Origin: Elusimicrobiota bacterium
GTDB lineage: Bacteria > Elusimicrobiota > Elusimicrobia > UBA1565 > UBA9628
Length of the DNA stretch: 31,366 nucleotides
Direction: 5' to 3'
Assembly: GCA_027319565.1 (NCBI GenBank)
Contig: DAHVNA010000026.1
Location: 1-31,366, forward strand
A program made the position numbers and the translations under genes. Of the stretch, positions 16,458-25,818 are shown piece by piece (within the stretch, counting starts at the first letter, position 1; every line of letters begins with the position of its first letter). The notes under the pieces are model-generated. The model saw nothing but the letters and a program-made list of their open reading frames with translations. It made no database searches and was not told where the DNA came from.

Positions 16458-17908
16458 CGCGACTCATTTCCGAGCATGGCTTGGGCGGTTTTCTCCACTT
16501 CCTGAACGCTGGTCAGTTCCATACAGAGAAAATGTCCGCGCGGGCATTTCTTTTTTCCATGGAGCCCGCAAGGCCGACAAGGCAATTCTTTTTCGATGAC
16601 CTTGTGCCTTGGGCCATATGGGAAAAAACCCAATTCCTTGGTCGTGGCCCCAAAGAGAGCCAAGGTGGGAATTCCAAGGCCGGTGGCGATATGCATGGGG
16701 CCGGAATCGTTCGTGATAAACAGAGAAAGAAGGCTGATTAAAGCTTTTAATTCTCCGAGATCGGTTTTCCCCGCCCAGTTAAGAGTATCGCTTCCCTTTG
16801 AGATTTCTTCGCACAGCTCTTGGTCTTGGGGACCGCCGACCAAGATTGGCTTGTATCCTGATTGGCTCAGCCCAAGACACAAGGCCTTGAATTTTCTCGC
16901 GGGCCAGCGCTTGGTCGGCCAAACCGATCCCGGGTGAACGCCGATGAGTTCAAGAGGTTTTCCCTGGGTTTCTTGCCTCAGGCGTTTGAGAACTTTTTCG
17001 ACGGCCTGGGGATCGGCGTAGAGATAAGCCGCTTGCGGGTTTAACGCCGCATTCGGCGCGAACGCCGAAAGAAGCGAGAGATTTCTTTCCAGATCATGGG
17101 TCTTCCAATCAAAAGGGAGGGCGTGGGTCAAAAATATTTTTCCGGCGCTTTTTTGAAACCCAATTCTCCGGGGAATTTGAGCCCAAAACCCTAAAAGCGC
17201 GCTTCTCAGAGAGCGGTGGGGGATAAAGGCGCAATCGTAATTTTTTTCCTTAAGCGCCCGCGATGTTTTAAAAAGTCCCCAGGTTTTATTGAGAAAACCC
17301 TTTTTTTCTTCCACCCAAACCCGATCCACCCAGCCGGAATCTTGAAACAGGGAAGCGGAGTTTTTGAGAGTGACGACGTCAAGCGTCGCGTTGGGCCAGC
17401 GCGATTTGATTTCGCGGGCCAAGGGAATCGTCAGAACCGAATCCCCCAGAAAAGAGCTTTGCAAAATGACGGCTCTTCGGGGTTCGGGAAGCCCGGTCCA
17501 AGGATAAAGCGCTTCGAGATATTTTTCCGAGACATGTTTTCTTAGTCCGGAAGAATTTTTTCTAAAAAAGACGAAGAGGCGACGAGCCCAGGCGTCCTTG
17601 CGGTAGACGGAAGTTTTGGGAACTCCGCTTAAACGGCGCAAAAACAAGGAGCGAAGGTTATTGTGAAGATCGAGGAGATAAGTAAATTTCTTTGAGCGAA
17701 TCAACCGCAGAGTCTTCCAAAGCCCGCCAAAAGAAATCACCTGTGTTATATGGGGGTTTCCCGCGAGGGCCTCTAGATAGGCGGGCTTGACGAGAACCCA
17801 AATCTCCGCTTCCGGCCAGGTCTGTTTGATTCTTTCATAAACGGGGGCCGTTAAAACGATGTCTCCCAACGAGGAGAGGCGAATGACCAATATTCTAGGA
17901 GCGGGCAT
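16454..17908 (-). CDS. GT9 heptosyltransferase (WaaF-like) with duplicated N-terminal domain
   Basis: RILVIRLSSLGDIVLT at aa 5 and RAVILQSSFLGDSVLT at aa 145; a single C-domain (HPGSVWPTKRWP, ITNDSGPMHIA, LFGAT). Confidence 0.85.
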   Translation of the reverse strand: MPAPRILVIRLSSLGDIVLTAPVYERIKQTWPEAEIWVLVKPAYLEALAGNPHITQVISFGGLWKTLRLIRSKKFTYLLDLHNNLRSLFLRRLSGVPKTSVYRKDAWARRLFVFFRKNSSGLRKHVSEKYLEALYPWTGLPEPRRAVILQSSFLGDSVLTIPLAREIKSRWPNATLDVVTLKNSASLFQDSGWVDRVWVEEKKGFLNKTWGLFKTSRALKEKNYDCAFIPHRSLRSALLGFWAQIPRRIGFQKSAGKIFLTHALPFDWKTHDLERNLSLLSAFAPNAALNPQAAYLYADPQAVEKVLKRLRQETQGKPLELIGVHPGSVWPTKRWPARKFKALCLGLSQSGYKPILVGGPQDQELCEEISKGSDTLNWAGKTDLGELKALISLLSLFITNDSGPMHIATGLGIPTLALFGATTKELGFFPYGPRHKVIEKELPCRPCGLHGKKKCPRGHFLCMELTSVQEVEKTAQAMLGNESR

Positions 17909-17922
17909 GGATGGGACACATT

Positions 17923-17931
17923 ATTATACCA
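17923..17931 (-). promoter_or_regulatory. Putative extended -10 promoter (TGgTATAAT) of the LPS operon
   Basis: Perfect TGnTATAAT 14 bp upstream of ATG 17908 in a 40-bp divergent gap. Confidence 0.55.
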
Positions 17932-17948
17932 TCTGAGAAACGGCGAAA

Positions 17949-18677
17949 ATGCAAAGAAAAGAATTTGTGGCGCGCATCTGGTCTAAATTGGCCTTGGCCC
18001 AGAAAAAAGAAGGGCTGGTGGAAAAGGGAAAAGGAATTTTGGCGGCGGTCTCGGGCGGTCCCGATTCCACCTGCCTGGCCCATTATTTAGTTTCGCTGAG
18101 GCGGCGGCTTTCTTTTCCATTGGAGTTGGCATATATCGATCATGGCCTGAGAAAAGAGGCTTTAAAAGAGGCCGCCTTTGTGCGTTCGCTGGGCAGAAAA
18201 TGGAGCGTTCCGGTTTCGGTTTTAAAGGTTGACGCCCGCGCCGCGCGAAAAGCCCGGGGCTTGGGATTAGAAGAGGCGTGCCGAAAATTGCGCTATGAGG
18301 CCTTGGCGGCGCGGGCAAAACGCCTTCAGTTTTCCGCGGTGGCGGTGGGACATCAAATGGATGATCAGGCGGAAACCGTGCTTTTAAATCTATTGCGCGG
18401 CCTCAGCCTCAAGGCCTTGGGGGCGATGCCGCCGCGGCGTTTTTTATCTTCCGGAGTGGAGCTGATTCGTCCGCTTTTGTGTCTTAAGCACTCGGAGATT
18501 TTAGATTATCTCAAGATTCACCAGCTCGATTATAAAATTGATGAGACAAATTATAATTTGGAATTGAGGAGAAACTGGATCCGCCACGAGGTCTTGCCGA
18601 TCCTTGAGGCAAAAAATCCCAGAATTCGCGAACATCTGGCGGGAATTTCGGAACAAGTTCGAGTCCTTGGACTATGA
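17949..18677 (+). CDS. tilS: tRNA(Ile)-lysidine synthetase, catalytic domain only
   Basis: AVSGGPDS, DHGLR, EEACRKLRY, GHQMDDQAETVLLNLLRG, IRPLL, DETN, RNWIR. Confidence 0.88.
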   Translation: MQRKEFVARIWSKLALAQKKEGLVEKGKGILAAVSGGPDSTCLAHYLVSLRRRLSFPLELAYIDHGLRKEALKEAAFVRSLGRKWSVPVSVLKVDARAARKARGLGLEEACRKLRYEALAARAKRLQFSAVAVGHQMDDQAETVLLNLLRGLSLKALGAMPPRRFLSSGVELIRPLLCLKHSEILDYLKIHQLDYKIDETNYNLELRRNWIRHEVLPILEAKNPRIREHLAGISEQVRVLGL

Positions 18678-19750
18678 GAATCGCCCATTTAGACACCGAA
18701 ATTTCCTGGAGGGGCGGGGAACAGCAGATTCTTTATCTGGCCGAGGTTCTCAGAGAAGCCGGGGATGAAAATTTGATTATCGCGCGTTCGGGCTCCGCGC
18801 TTGAACATCGGATGAAAGAGGGTGGTTTTAAGTGTTTCTCCGTTTCTCCCTGGATGGAGTGGGATTTTCTTTGCGCTCTTTCAATCAAGCGCTGCCTGCT
18901 TGAAGAACGCGTTGACCTCTTGCACGCCCATACCGCCCATGCCGCGGCCTTGGGAGCTTTGGCGACTTTGCGCGCGAATATTCCGCTCATTGTCTCCCGC
19001 CGGGTCGATTTCCATTTGTCGAAAAATTTTTTTTCGCGCTGGAAATACTCTCGCGCGGACAAGATTCTTGCGGTCTCATCCGCGATTAAGGAAATTCTGA
19101 TTGAAGACGGCATTTCTCCCGAAAAAATCGAGGTGGTCTATAGCGGGGTTAATTTAAAACGCTTTGAGGGAGAGAAAAAAAGCCGCCAGGACTTGGGACT
19201 TCCTGATTCAAAAATTCTCATCGGCCAGATCGCGGCTTTATCGGATCAGAAAGATCCGCTGAGCTTTGTTCGGGCGATGGCGCTCTTAGCCCAAAAGGGC
19301 GTTGATTTTCGCGCGCTGATGGTGGGAGAGGGGCCTTTAAAAACAAAGGTTGAGTCGGAGATTGCTCGTTTAAATCTCAAAGAGCGGATTTTTCTTTTGG
19401 GTTTTCGCGAAGATGCGTTTCAAATTCTCCGGCATTTGGACGTTTTCGTTCTCTCTTCGCGCTTAGAGGGCCTGGGAACTTCGATTTTAGACGCCTTTGC
19501 CGCCGGCGTTCCCGTAGTCGCCAGCCGCACGGGGGGAATTCCGGAGATGATTGAAGAAGGGATTTCAGGACTGTTGGTTCCCGTAGGCGATCCCGCTTCC
19601 TTGTCTCGCGCTATTGAGCGGATTTTATTGGATTTAGCGCTGCGCCAAAAGTTGATCGAGGGCGGGCGGAAAAAAGTTCAATTTTTTTCCGCTCAAAAAA
19701 TGGCGGAGTCAACCCGAGATGTTTACCAGAAAATTTTATCCCAAGCCTAG
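18674..19750 (+). CDS. GT4 glycosyltransferase
   Basis: WRGGEQQ, SRRVDF, EGLGTSILDA, PVVASRTGGIPE. Confidence 0.9.
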   Translation: MRIAHLDTEISWRGGEQQILYLAEVLREAGDENLIIARSGSALEHRMKEGGFKCFSVSPWMEWDFLCALSIKRCLLEERVDLLHAHTAHAAALGALATLRANIPLIVSRRVDFHLSKNFFSRWKYSRADKILAVSSAIKEILIEDGISPEKIEVVYSGVNLKRFEGEKKSRQDLGLPDSKILIGQIAALSDQKDPLSFVRAMALLAQKGVDFRALMVGEGPLKTKVESEIARLNLKERIFLLGFREDAFQILRHLDVFVLSSRLEGLGTSILDAFAAGVPVVASRTGGIPEMIEEGISGLLVPVGDPASLSRAIERILLDLALRQKLIEGGRKKVQFFSAQKMAESTRDVYQKILSQA

Positions 19751-21561
19751 AGAGTTTTTAGGCTTTTAAGCCAAAGGGAAAAAAGAAGAACCCTAAAATA
19801 GACATCGACATCAGCGGAGCCTTCTCTGACGAGATGAGCCCCGGACTTAAGAGACTCTTTTTTAAATAACCCGGTTTCAAGAAGAAGAGGGTTTTGGAGA
19901 GCTTCTTCAAGAAACGGATTTTGCGGCGCGCGCATCCAATTTTGAGTGCGTAAAATAAACCCGTGCTTTTTTCGGACGACGATTTCGCGCGGGAGCATTC
20001 GGGCCGCGACTTTTCTCAAAAGGTATTTCCCGCGAAAAAATTTGATTTTAAGCGGCGTGGGAAGGCGAAAAGCGTAATTGACAAGCCGAAGATCCAAAAG
20101 CGGCACGCGCGCCTCTAAAGACGCTTTCATCGTGGTCTTGTCGACTTTCATGAGGAGCTGATCGCGCATCGAGGTTTCAAGATCAAAGCGCAGAAGCCCG
20201 TTAAGGCCTTTTAAGTCTTTAAAGGGAGTGAGCCAGGGCCAATCCGTGGAAATAGGCGGTAAATCGAGCAAGTCCAAAGCGGCTTGAATGCGGCTTCCCG
20301 CCTCGGCTTGGGCCCAGCTTCTGGGACCGTCGAGAGGAATGGCTCGGAAATAGGCGCCAGAGCCGGTTTTTCGCGCGATCAAAACCGCCATCGGGCGCAT
20401 CCAAGACGGAATTTTTTCCAGCGCTTCGCTAACATATGCCGCCTTGTGCCTTCCGTAGCCGGCAAAGACCTCGTCTCCGCCTTCGCCGGTTAAGACCACC
20501 TTGACTTCCCTTCGGGCTTCGGTCGAAAGATGCCAAGTCGGGAGAATGGCGGCGTCGGCGATGGGCTCGTCTAAACATTCAACCATCTTCGGAATTTGAT
20601 TGAGAAGAGTGGATGGAAGGCGAATGGTTTGATGCTTGGTTTTTAGAAATTTCGCGACGGTTTCGGCGTATTGGCTTTCATCTACGCTGTCTCCGTCAAA
20701 GCCGATGGAATAGCTGCAAACGGGCTTGGAAGAAGTCCGGGCCATTAAGGCGGTGACTACGCTTGAATCAATGCCGCCGGATAGAAAGACCCCCAAGGGA
20801 ACATCGCTTTGCATCTGATCTGAAACGGCTTTTGTGAGCAGCGCTTCCAACTCTTTTTCCGCCTGAAGGGGATCGATTTTTGAAAAACTCTCTTTTGGAA
20901 GGCTCCAAAAAGAGCGCGGCTTTGAGATTTGAAAATTTTTGATTTCAATCCAATGGCCGGCGGGAAATTTCTTGATGCCATTGATGATGGTGTCAGGGGC
21001 GTGAACGTATCCGTAAGCGAGATAGTCGAGTAGAGCGCCGGAATGAATAGAGGCGGGTACGCCGGCTTTCAGGAGAGCTTTAAGCTCAGATGAAAAATAA
21101 AAAAATTCTTCGTTCTGATAAAAATAAAGCGGCTTGATTCCCAAAGGGTCGCGGGCGAGGGTGAGGGTTTTTTCTTTCCGGTCCCAAACGGCGCAGGCGA
21201 ACATCCCGTTGAGGCGGGAGAAAAAATCGCTTCCATGCCGGATAAAACCCTGGAGAATCGTTTCCGTGTCGGAATGGGTGTTAAATTTTATTTCCGGCCC
21301 CAGCTCCTTTCTGAGTTCGAGATGATTGTAGATTTCTCCGTTGAAAACAAGGGTCCAGCGGCCATCGGGGGAACTCATGGGCTGATGCCCGCGTTCAAGG
21401 TCTAAAATCGAAAGCCTTCTGAACGCGAGACCCACGGGGCCGTCGACAAATGTTCCAGAATCGTCGGGCCCGCGATGAGTGAGAGCTTCTTCTAAGGCCG
21501 TTAAACCCTTGGTAGGACAGGGATTATTTTTGAGGCTTAAAATTCCGGCGATGCCGCACAT
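19747..21561 (-). CDS. asnB: Asparagine synthase (glutamine-hydrolysing) family amidotransferase, possibly glycan-amidating
   Basis: MCGIAG Ntn cysteine, HRGPD, FNGEIYN, ARDPLGIKPLY, FLSGGIDSS, LTGEGGDE; next to glycosyltransferases. Confidence 0.88.
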   Translation of the reverse strand: MCGIAGILSLKNNPCPTKGLTALEEALTHRGPDDSGTFVDGPVGLAFRRLSILDLERGHQPMSSPDGRWTLVFNGEIYNHLELRKELGPEIKFNTHSDTETILQGFIRHGSDFFSRLNGMFACAVWDRKEKTLTLARDPLGIKPLYFYQNEEFFYFSSELKALLKAGVPASIHSGALLDYLAYGYVHAPDTIINGIKKFPAGHWIEIKNFQISKPRSFWSLPKESFSKIDPLQAEKELEALLTKAVSDQMQSDVPLGVFLSGGIDSSVVTALMARTSSKPVCSYSIGFDGDSVDESQYAETVAKFLKTKHQTIRLPSTLLNQIPKMVECLDEPIADAAILPTWHLSTEARREVKVVLTGEGGDEVFAGYGRHKAAYVSEALEKIPSWMRPMAVLIARKTGSGAYFRAIPLDGPRSWAQAEAGSRIQAALDLLDLPPISTDWPWLTPFKDLKGLNGLLRFDLETSMRDQLLMKVDKTTMKASLEARVPLLDLRLVNYAFRLPTPLKIKFFRGKYLLRKVAARMLPREIVVRKKHGFILRTQNWMRAPQNPFLEEALQNPLLLETGLFKKESLKSGAHLVREGSADVDVYFRVLLFSLWLKSLKTL

Positions 21562-21571
21562 GAAAATAGTT

Positions 21572-21945
21572 GGGAGGCGGCCGATACCCCGGATTCTGTT
21601 TCCGGCCCTTGCGAACCGGAGGGAATCATTTTTCTCAAGCGGCTACCGGGCGACTTTCGCTTTCGCGAAAATGCGCAAGCGGCGCGTGTCGCCGTTTATT
21701 GCCTTGCTCCCGGCGGGGTTTGCCTAGCCTTGTCTCTCGCGAGACAAGCGGTGGGCTCTTACCCCACCTTTTCACCCTTACCCGCGAGGCGACAGCCTCG
21801 AAGGCGGTTTGTTTCTGTGGCGCTATCCATCGGCAAAAAGTCGCCTTTTCGCCGTCTTGCCTTTCGGCAAGCGCCGCGCTTTGTGGAGTCCGGAAGTTCC
21901 TCTCCCGGAAATTAAATCCCGGAAGCGATTCCCGGCCGCCCCCTC
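21572..21945 (-). ncRNA. rnpB: RNase P RNA (bacterial type A-like)
   Basis: P1 GGGGGCGGCCG/CGGCCGCCTCC; GAGGAACTTCCGGACTCC; GCCACAGAAACAAACCGCC; GGTAAGGGTGAAAAGGTGGGGTAAGAGCCCACC; GGCAAACCCC...GAGCAAGGC; ACAGAATCCGGGGTAT. Confidence 0.93.
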
Positions 21946-21950
21946 AAATT

Positions 21951-21970
21951 ATTTTAGCAAATAGTAGAAT
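21951..21970. promoter_or_regulatory. Back-to-back -10 elements for rnpB (TGcTAAAAT, minus) and cysS (TAGAAT, plus)
   Basis: Each hexamer lies 5-6 nt from the predicted RNA 5' end or the ATG within a gap of about 31 bp. Confidence 0.5.
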
Positions 21971-21976
21971 ATTGCG

Positions 21977-23362
21977 ATGCCCTTAAAACTATTCAATACC
22001 CTGGGACGCTTGAAAGAAGAATTGAAGCCCCTCAAGTTTCCCGCGGTTGGAATGTACACCTGCGGCCCCACGGTTTATAATTATCAGCATATCGGAAATT
22101 ACCGGACCTATATTTTCGAGGACGTTTTGAAGCGAACTCTCGGCTTTTTGGGCTTTAAACCCTTTCATATCATGAATATCACTGATGTCGGGCATCTGAC
22201 CAGCCAGGGAGACGAGGGAGACGACAAGGTCGAGGTGATGGCCCAGCGGGAAGGAAAAAGCGCCTGGGATTTGGCGAAATTTTATACCGAGGCGTTTTTA
22301 CAAGATTGCTCGTCTTTGAATATCTTGCCGCCGGATGTCTTGTGCCGGGCCACCGATCATATTCAAGAGCAGATCGATTTAACTCGCCGCCTTGAAAAAA
22401 AGGGCTTTCTGTATTTGACTTCGGACGGAGTTTATTTTGAGACCGCAAAATTTCCCGATTACGACAAGCTCATGGGAAAATCCCATCTTTCCGGCATTCA
22501 ATTTGGAGCCAGAGTATCGGCTAGTCCGGAAAAAAAATCTCCTTCCGATTTCGCGGTCTGGAAGTTTTCTCCGAAAAATCAAAAGCGGCAGATGGAGTGG
22601 GATTCTCCCTGGGGGAAAGGCTTTCCCGGCTGGCATATCGAGTGTTCCGCGATGGCGATGAAATATTTAGGCGAGACTTTCGACATCCATTGCGGCGGCG
22701 TCGATCATATTCCGATTCATCATTCCAATGAAATCGCCCAATCGGAAGGCGCGACGGGAAAACCCTTCGCCCGCTATTGGCTCCATGGCGAATTTTTGCT
22801 GGTCAATAGCTCTAAAATGGCCAAATCGGACGGCACTTTTATTACGCTGGAAGATTTGAGAAAAAAAGGTTTTGATTCGCTGGATTATCGCTATCACTGT
22901 TTGACCGCGCACTACCGAAAACAATTAGATTTTACTTGGGAGGCTTTGGAATCTTCCAAAACCGCGCGGCGAAAACTCAAGGATTTAATCGGACAAATTG
23001 GCCAAGCTTCGAAAAAACCCGCCTGCGCGGATTCCTTGAACGCCTTTAAAGCGGCTTTGTCCGATGACCTCAACATGCCGGAGGCGCTTTCAATTTTGTG
23101 GAGCGATTTAAAAAACGGCGCTTTGCCGGAAGGCGCGCGCCTTCATTTCGCCGAAACCGCTGAGGAGGTTTTAGGTTTGGGCTTATTGGACGAGAAAACC
23201 GAAGAGGCCTTAAGCCCTGAAATTCTTGAGCTGATCGACGCCAGAGTGCTTGCGCGAAAAAACCGCGATTTTGCCCGCTCCGATGAAATTCGGCAAAAGC
23301 TTTTGTCTTTGGGAATTCTAGTCGAGGACACTCCCTCCGGGCAAAAGTGGAGGCGCAGATGA
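21977..23362 (+). CDS. cysS: Cysteine--tRNA ligase
   Basis: [47 protein letters not shown]. Confidence 0.97.
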   Translation: MPLKLFNTLGRLKEELKPLKFPAVGMYTCGPTVYNYQHIGNYRTYIFEDVLKRTLGFLGFKPFHIMNITDVGHLTSQGDEGDDKVEVMAQREGKSAWDLAKFYTEAFLQDCSSLNILPPDVLCRATDHIQEQIDLTRRLEKKGFLYLTSDGVYFETAKFPDYDKLMGKSHLSGIQFGARVSASPEKKSPSDFAVWKFSPKNQKRQMEWDSPWGKGFPGWHIECSAMAMKYLGETFDIHCGGVDHIPIHHSNEIAQSEGATGKPFARYWLHGEFLLVNSSKMAKSDGTFITLEDLRKKGFDSLDYRYHCLTAHYRKQLDFTWEALESSKTARRKLKDLIGQIGQASKKPACADSLNAFKAALSDDLNMPEALSILWSDLKNGALPEGARLHFAETAEEVLGLGLLDEKTEEALSPEILELIDARVLARKNRDFARSDEIRQKLLSLGILVEDTPSGQKWRRR

Positions 23363-24150
23363 GGCCTCAAAATCCGCGCCGGGTTTCGCCCGCGGTTTGG
23401 ATTACCGGTTTTCACTCGGTCAAGGAAACCTTGGGCTCCCGAGCGGAGGATGTGCTAGAGTTGTGGGTGGCGGCGGTCAAGAACCAAGATCTGGAAACTC
23501 AGGAAATCATCCGGCAGGCCCGAAGGCGCGGGATTCCGGTTCATTTTCGCGATCGAGACGAGATTGCGCGCGTGACGAAAACCGATCGCCATCAGGGCTT
23601 GGCCGCCCGGGCGAAAGAGAAAAGCGTTCTTTCTTTTTCCGATTTTTTAAGCCGCTGGGAGGAAAATGAGGATTTTAAAAGAGACCATTTTTTCTTGGTC
23701 GCCTTGGATCAAATCCAGGATCCCCATAATTTGGGGGCCATTGCGCGCTCCGCTTCCGTTTTTGGCGCTCACGGGTTGATTATCTGCGACCGAAGATCCG
23801 CTTCCGCCTCGTTGGGGGCCTTGCGCTCTTCCGCCGGGGCTCTTGAAAAAATCGCCCTCTATGAGGCCGGAAATTTAGGGCAAGCCCTGGCGAGCGCCAA
23901 GAAAGCCGGGTTTTGGATTTATGGGGCCGCCGCGGGAGGCAGACCTGCGTGGCAGTCGGCGCTCAATAGTCCGATGATATTGGTCATCGGATCCGAAGGC
24001 GAGGGTCTGAGGAAATCGACAGAAGAGTTCTGCGATGAGTTGGTCGGAATTCCAATTTCGGAATCCGGGGTTCCCAGCTTAAACGCCTCGGTCGCGGCGG
24101 GGATTTTACTCTATGAAGTTTACCGGAGAGACAAAAGGGACAGTCCCTAA
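23359..24150 (+). CDS. rlmB: 23S rRNA Gm2251 methyltransferase (SPOUT)
   Basis: Probable ATG 23359 (ATGA overlap); HQGLAA, LDQIQDPHNLGAIARSA, IGSEGEGLR, SLNASVA; follows cysS. Confidence 0.9.
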   Translation: MRPQNPRRVSPAVWITGFHSVKETLGSRAEDVLELWVAAVKNQDLETQEIIRQARRRGIPVHFRDRDEIARVTKTDRHQGLAARAKEKSVLSFSDFLSRWEENEDFKRDHFFLVALDQIQDPHNLGAIARSASVFGAHGLIICDRRSASASLGALRSSAGALEKIALYEAGNLGQALASAKKAGFWIYGAAAGGRPAWQSALNSPMILVIGSEGEGLRKSTEEFCDELVGIPISESGVPSLNASVAAGILLYEVYRRDKRDSP

Positions 24151-24158
24151 TTATCGCT

Positions 24159-25019
24159 ATGCAATGTGAACGGGTGTTTGTTCAAGATCATCGGGCGGTC
24201 AAGCCCGCCGCCTGGGCTTTTGGCATTGCGTTTCCTTTTTTTCTCATCGAACTCTCGGGTGGAATTTATGTCGGCAGCTTGGCCTTGATCGCCGACGCGA
24301 TGCATCTGCTGATGGATTTAATCGCCCTGGGAATGACCTTGTTTGTCGCTTTCGCTTCTCAAAGACCGCCGGATGAAAAACGCACCTTTGGATATGAGCG
24401 CCTCGAAGTATTAGCGGCCTTGGCCAACGGAATTTTGCTGTGGGTCGCGGTGGGAATTATTTTAAGGGAGGCTTATCAAAGATTTTCATTTCCCAAGCAG
24501 GTGTCCGGCGGTCCCATGGCCGCGATCGCGTTTTTAGGACTTTTATGCAACCTTTCTTCCGGCTGGATTCTTTATTCTTCCAGCCGAAAAAATATCAATC
24601 TCCGGGGAGCTTTTTTCCATGTGATGACCGACGCCTTCGGTTCGGCCTTGGTGATCATCGCGGGAATTGTCATCCTCAAAACCGGTTGGTATCAGGCGGA
24701 CGCGGTCGCCAGCGTTTTGGTTTGTTTTGGCATCATTTTAAGCTCGGTGTGGCTGCTCAGGGATTCCATCCATATCTTGCTGGAGGGCGTTCCGGCCCAT
24801 ATCCATGTCGATGAAGTCCAAAAGGCTTTGTCGGAAATCCCCGGCGTTAAAGACGTCCATGACATCCATCTGTGGTCGTTGACCCAAGGTTCCGAATCGA
24901 TGAGCGGGCATATCATCGTCAATTCCGGATTTGATTCTGACCAAGCTCTTAAGGCCGCGACGACGGTTTTAAAAGAGCGCTTTGGTCTCTCGCATGTGAC
25001 GCTTCAAATAGAAAAATGA
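24159..25019 (+). CDS. Cation diffusion facilitator (CzcD/ZitB-like Zn/Co/Cd exporter)
   Basis: SLALIADAMHLLMD, TFGYERLEVLAA, HVMTD, VHDIHLWSL, HVTLQIE. Confidence 0.92.
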   Translation: MQCERVFVQDHRAVKPAAWAFGIAFPFFLIELSGGIYVGSLALIADAMHLLMDLIALGMTLFVAFASQRPPDEKRTFGYERLEVLAALANGILLWVAVGIILREAYQRFSFPKQVSGGPMAAIAFLGLLCNLSSGWILYSSSRKNINLRGAFFHVMTDAFGSALVIIAGIVILKTGWYQADAVASVLVCFGIILSSVWLLRDSIHILLEGVPAHIHVDEVQKALSEIPGVKDVHDIHLWSLTQGSESMSGHIIVNSGFDSDQALKAATTVLKERFGLSHVTLQIEK

Positions 25020-25681
25020 ACGGTTCTGCGTCTCTTTTTCCGCGGCCTTGTCTCATTTTTCTCAATGGCGAGATTGAGGACCCAAAACGAGTTCTTGAAG
25101 CGGCACAATTTTGCCGCTGCCAACACGGGGCCGTTCTTTGCGCCGATGGAGGACTTAAGCAGGCGTTGAAATTAAAAATCATTCCCGACATCGTCATCGG
25201 GGATATGGATTCTCTCCCAAAGCCCTTGCCGGCTCTCGGTTTTAAAAAACCGGTGTTTGTCTGTGACTTTGACGAGGACTCTTCCGATTTTGAAAAAACC
25301 CTTCTTTGGGCGCTTGAGCGCGGGTTTAAGACCGCCTTTGTCTGCGGGCTTCTCGGCGGAGGACTGGACCATGCCCTGGTCAATATTGCTATGATGGAGC
25401 GCTTCGGCCTTAAGATGCGGGTTGTGGCCTTGGGCCGAGGCCAGGGAATTTTTTTGTCGAAAGGGCTTTATCAATTCGCGCTTAATAAAGGAGAGCGCTT
25501 TAGCCTTTTGGCTTTGAGAGAATCGGAAATCAGTCTTTTGGGCGCGCGTTACGAGTTGAAAGAAGAGACCTTGTCTTCTTCCAGTCGGGGCTTGGGAAAC
25601 ACGGCCGAAGGCCCGATTTCCGTTGAGTTGCATCGGGGAAATGCCTGGTTTTTGTTAGGACGCGGTCTGGGCCTAAAATAG
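25016..25681 (+). CDS. thiN: Thiamine pyrophosphokinase
   Basis: CADGG, PDIVIGDMDS, DSSDFEK, GGGLDHALVN, RGLGN. Confidence 0.88.
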   Translation: MNGSASLFPRPCLIFLNGEIEDPKRVLEAAQFCRCQHGAVLCADGGLKQALKLKIIPDIVIGDMDSLPKPLPALGFKKPVFVCDFDEDSSDFEKTLLWALERGFKTAFVCGLLGGGLDHALVNIAMMERFGLKMRVVALGRGQGIFLSKGLYQFALNKGERFSLLALRESEISLLGARYELKEETLSSSSRGLGNTAEGPISVELHRGNAWFLLGRGLGLK

Positions 25682-25684
25682 GTC

Positions 25685-25712
25685 TTGACAGGAGATAAAT
25701 GTCTGTTATACT
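25685..25712 (+). promoter_or_regulatory. Sigma70 promoter TTGACA-N16-TATACT with TGn extension
   Basis: Near-consensus match directly upstream of the riboswitch. Confidence 0.7.
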
Positions 25713-25740
25713 AACTCTTGTAGTGCGGTCAGTGAGACCG

Positions 25741-25810
25741 AAAAGGCAAACCTTTCGAAAGAAAGGGGCGCAAAGCGCGGGGTCCCTTGTGGATTGCCCG
25801 GCTGCCGAAG
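25741..25810 (+). promoter_or_regulatory. Cyclic di-GMP-I (GEMM) riboswitch aptamer
   Basis: GGCAAACCTTTC-GAAA-GAAAGGGGCGCAAAGC...GGCTGCCGAA matches GEMM P2 with GAAA tetraloop, the CGCAAAGC junction and 3' CCGA. Confidence 0.85.
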
Positions 25811-25818
25811 GGATCTGA

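Noticed and set aside
21479..21986. ORFs 21479-21727, 21570-21986 and 21730-21915
   Set aside because: Antisense to RNase P RNA and no protein-like motifs.
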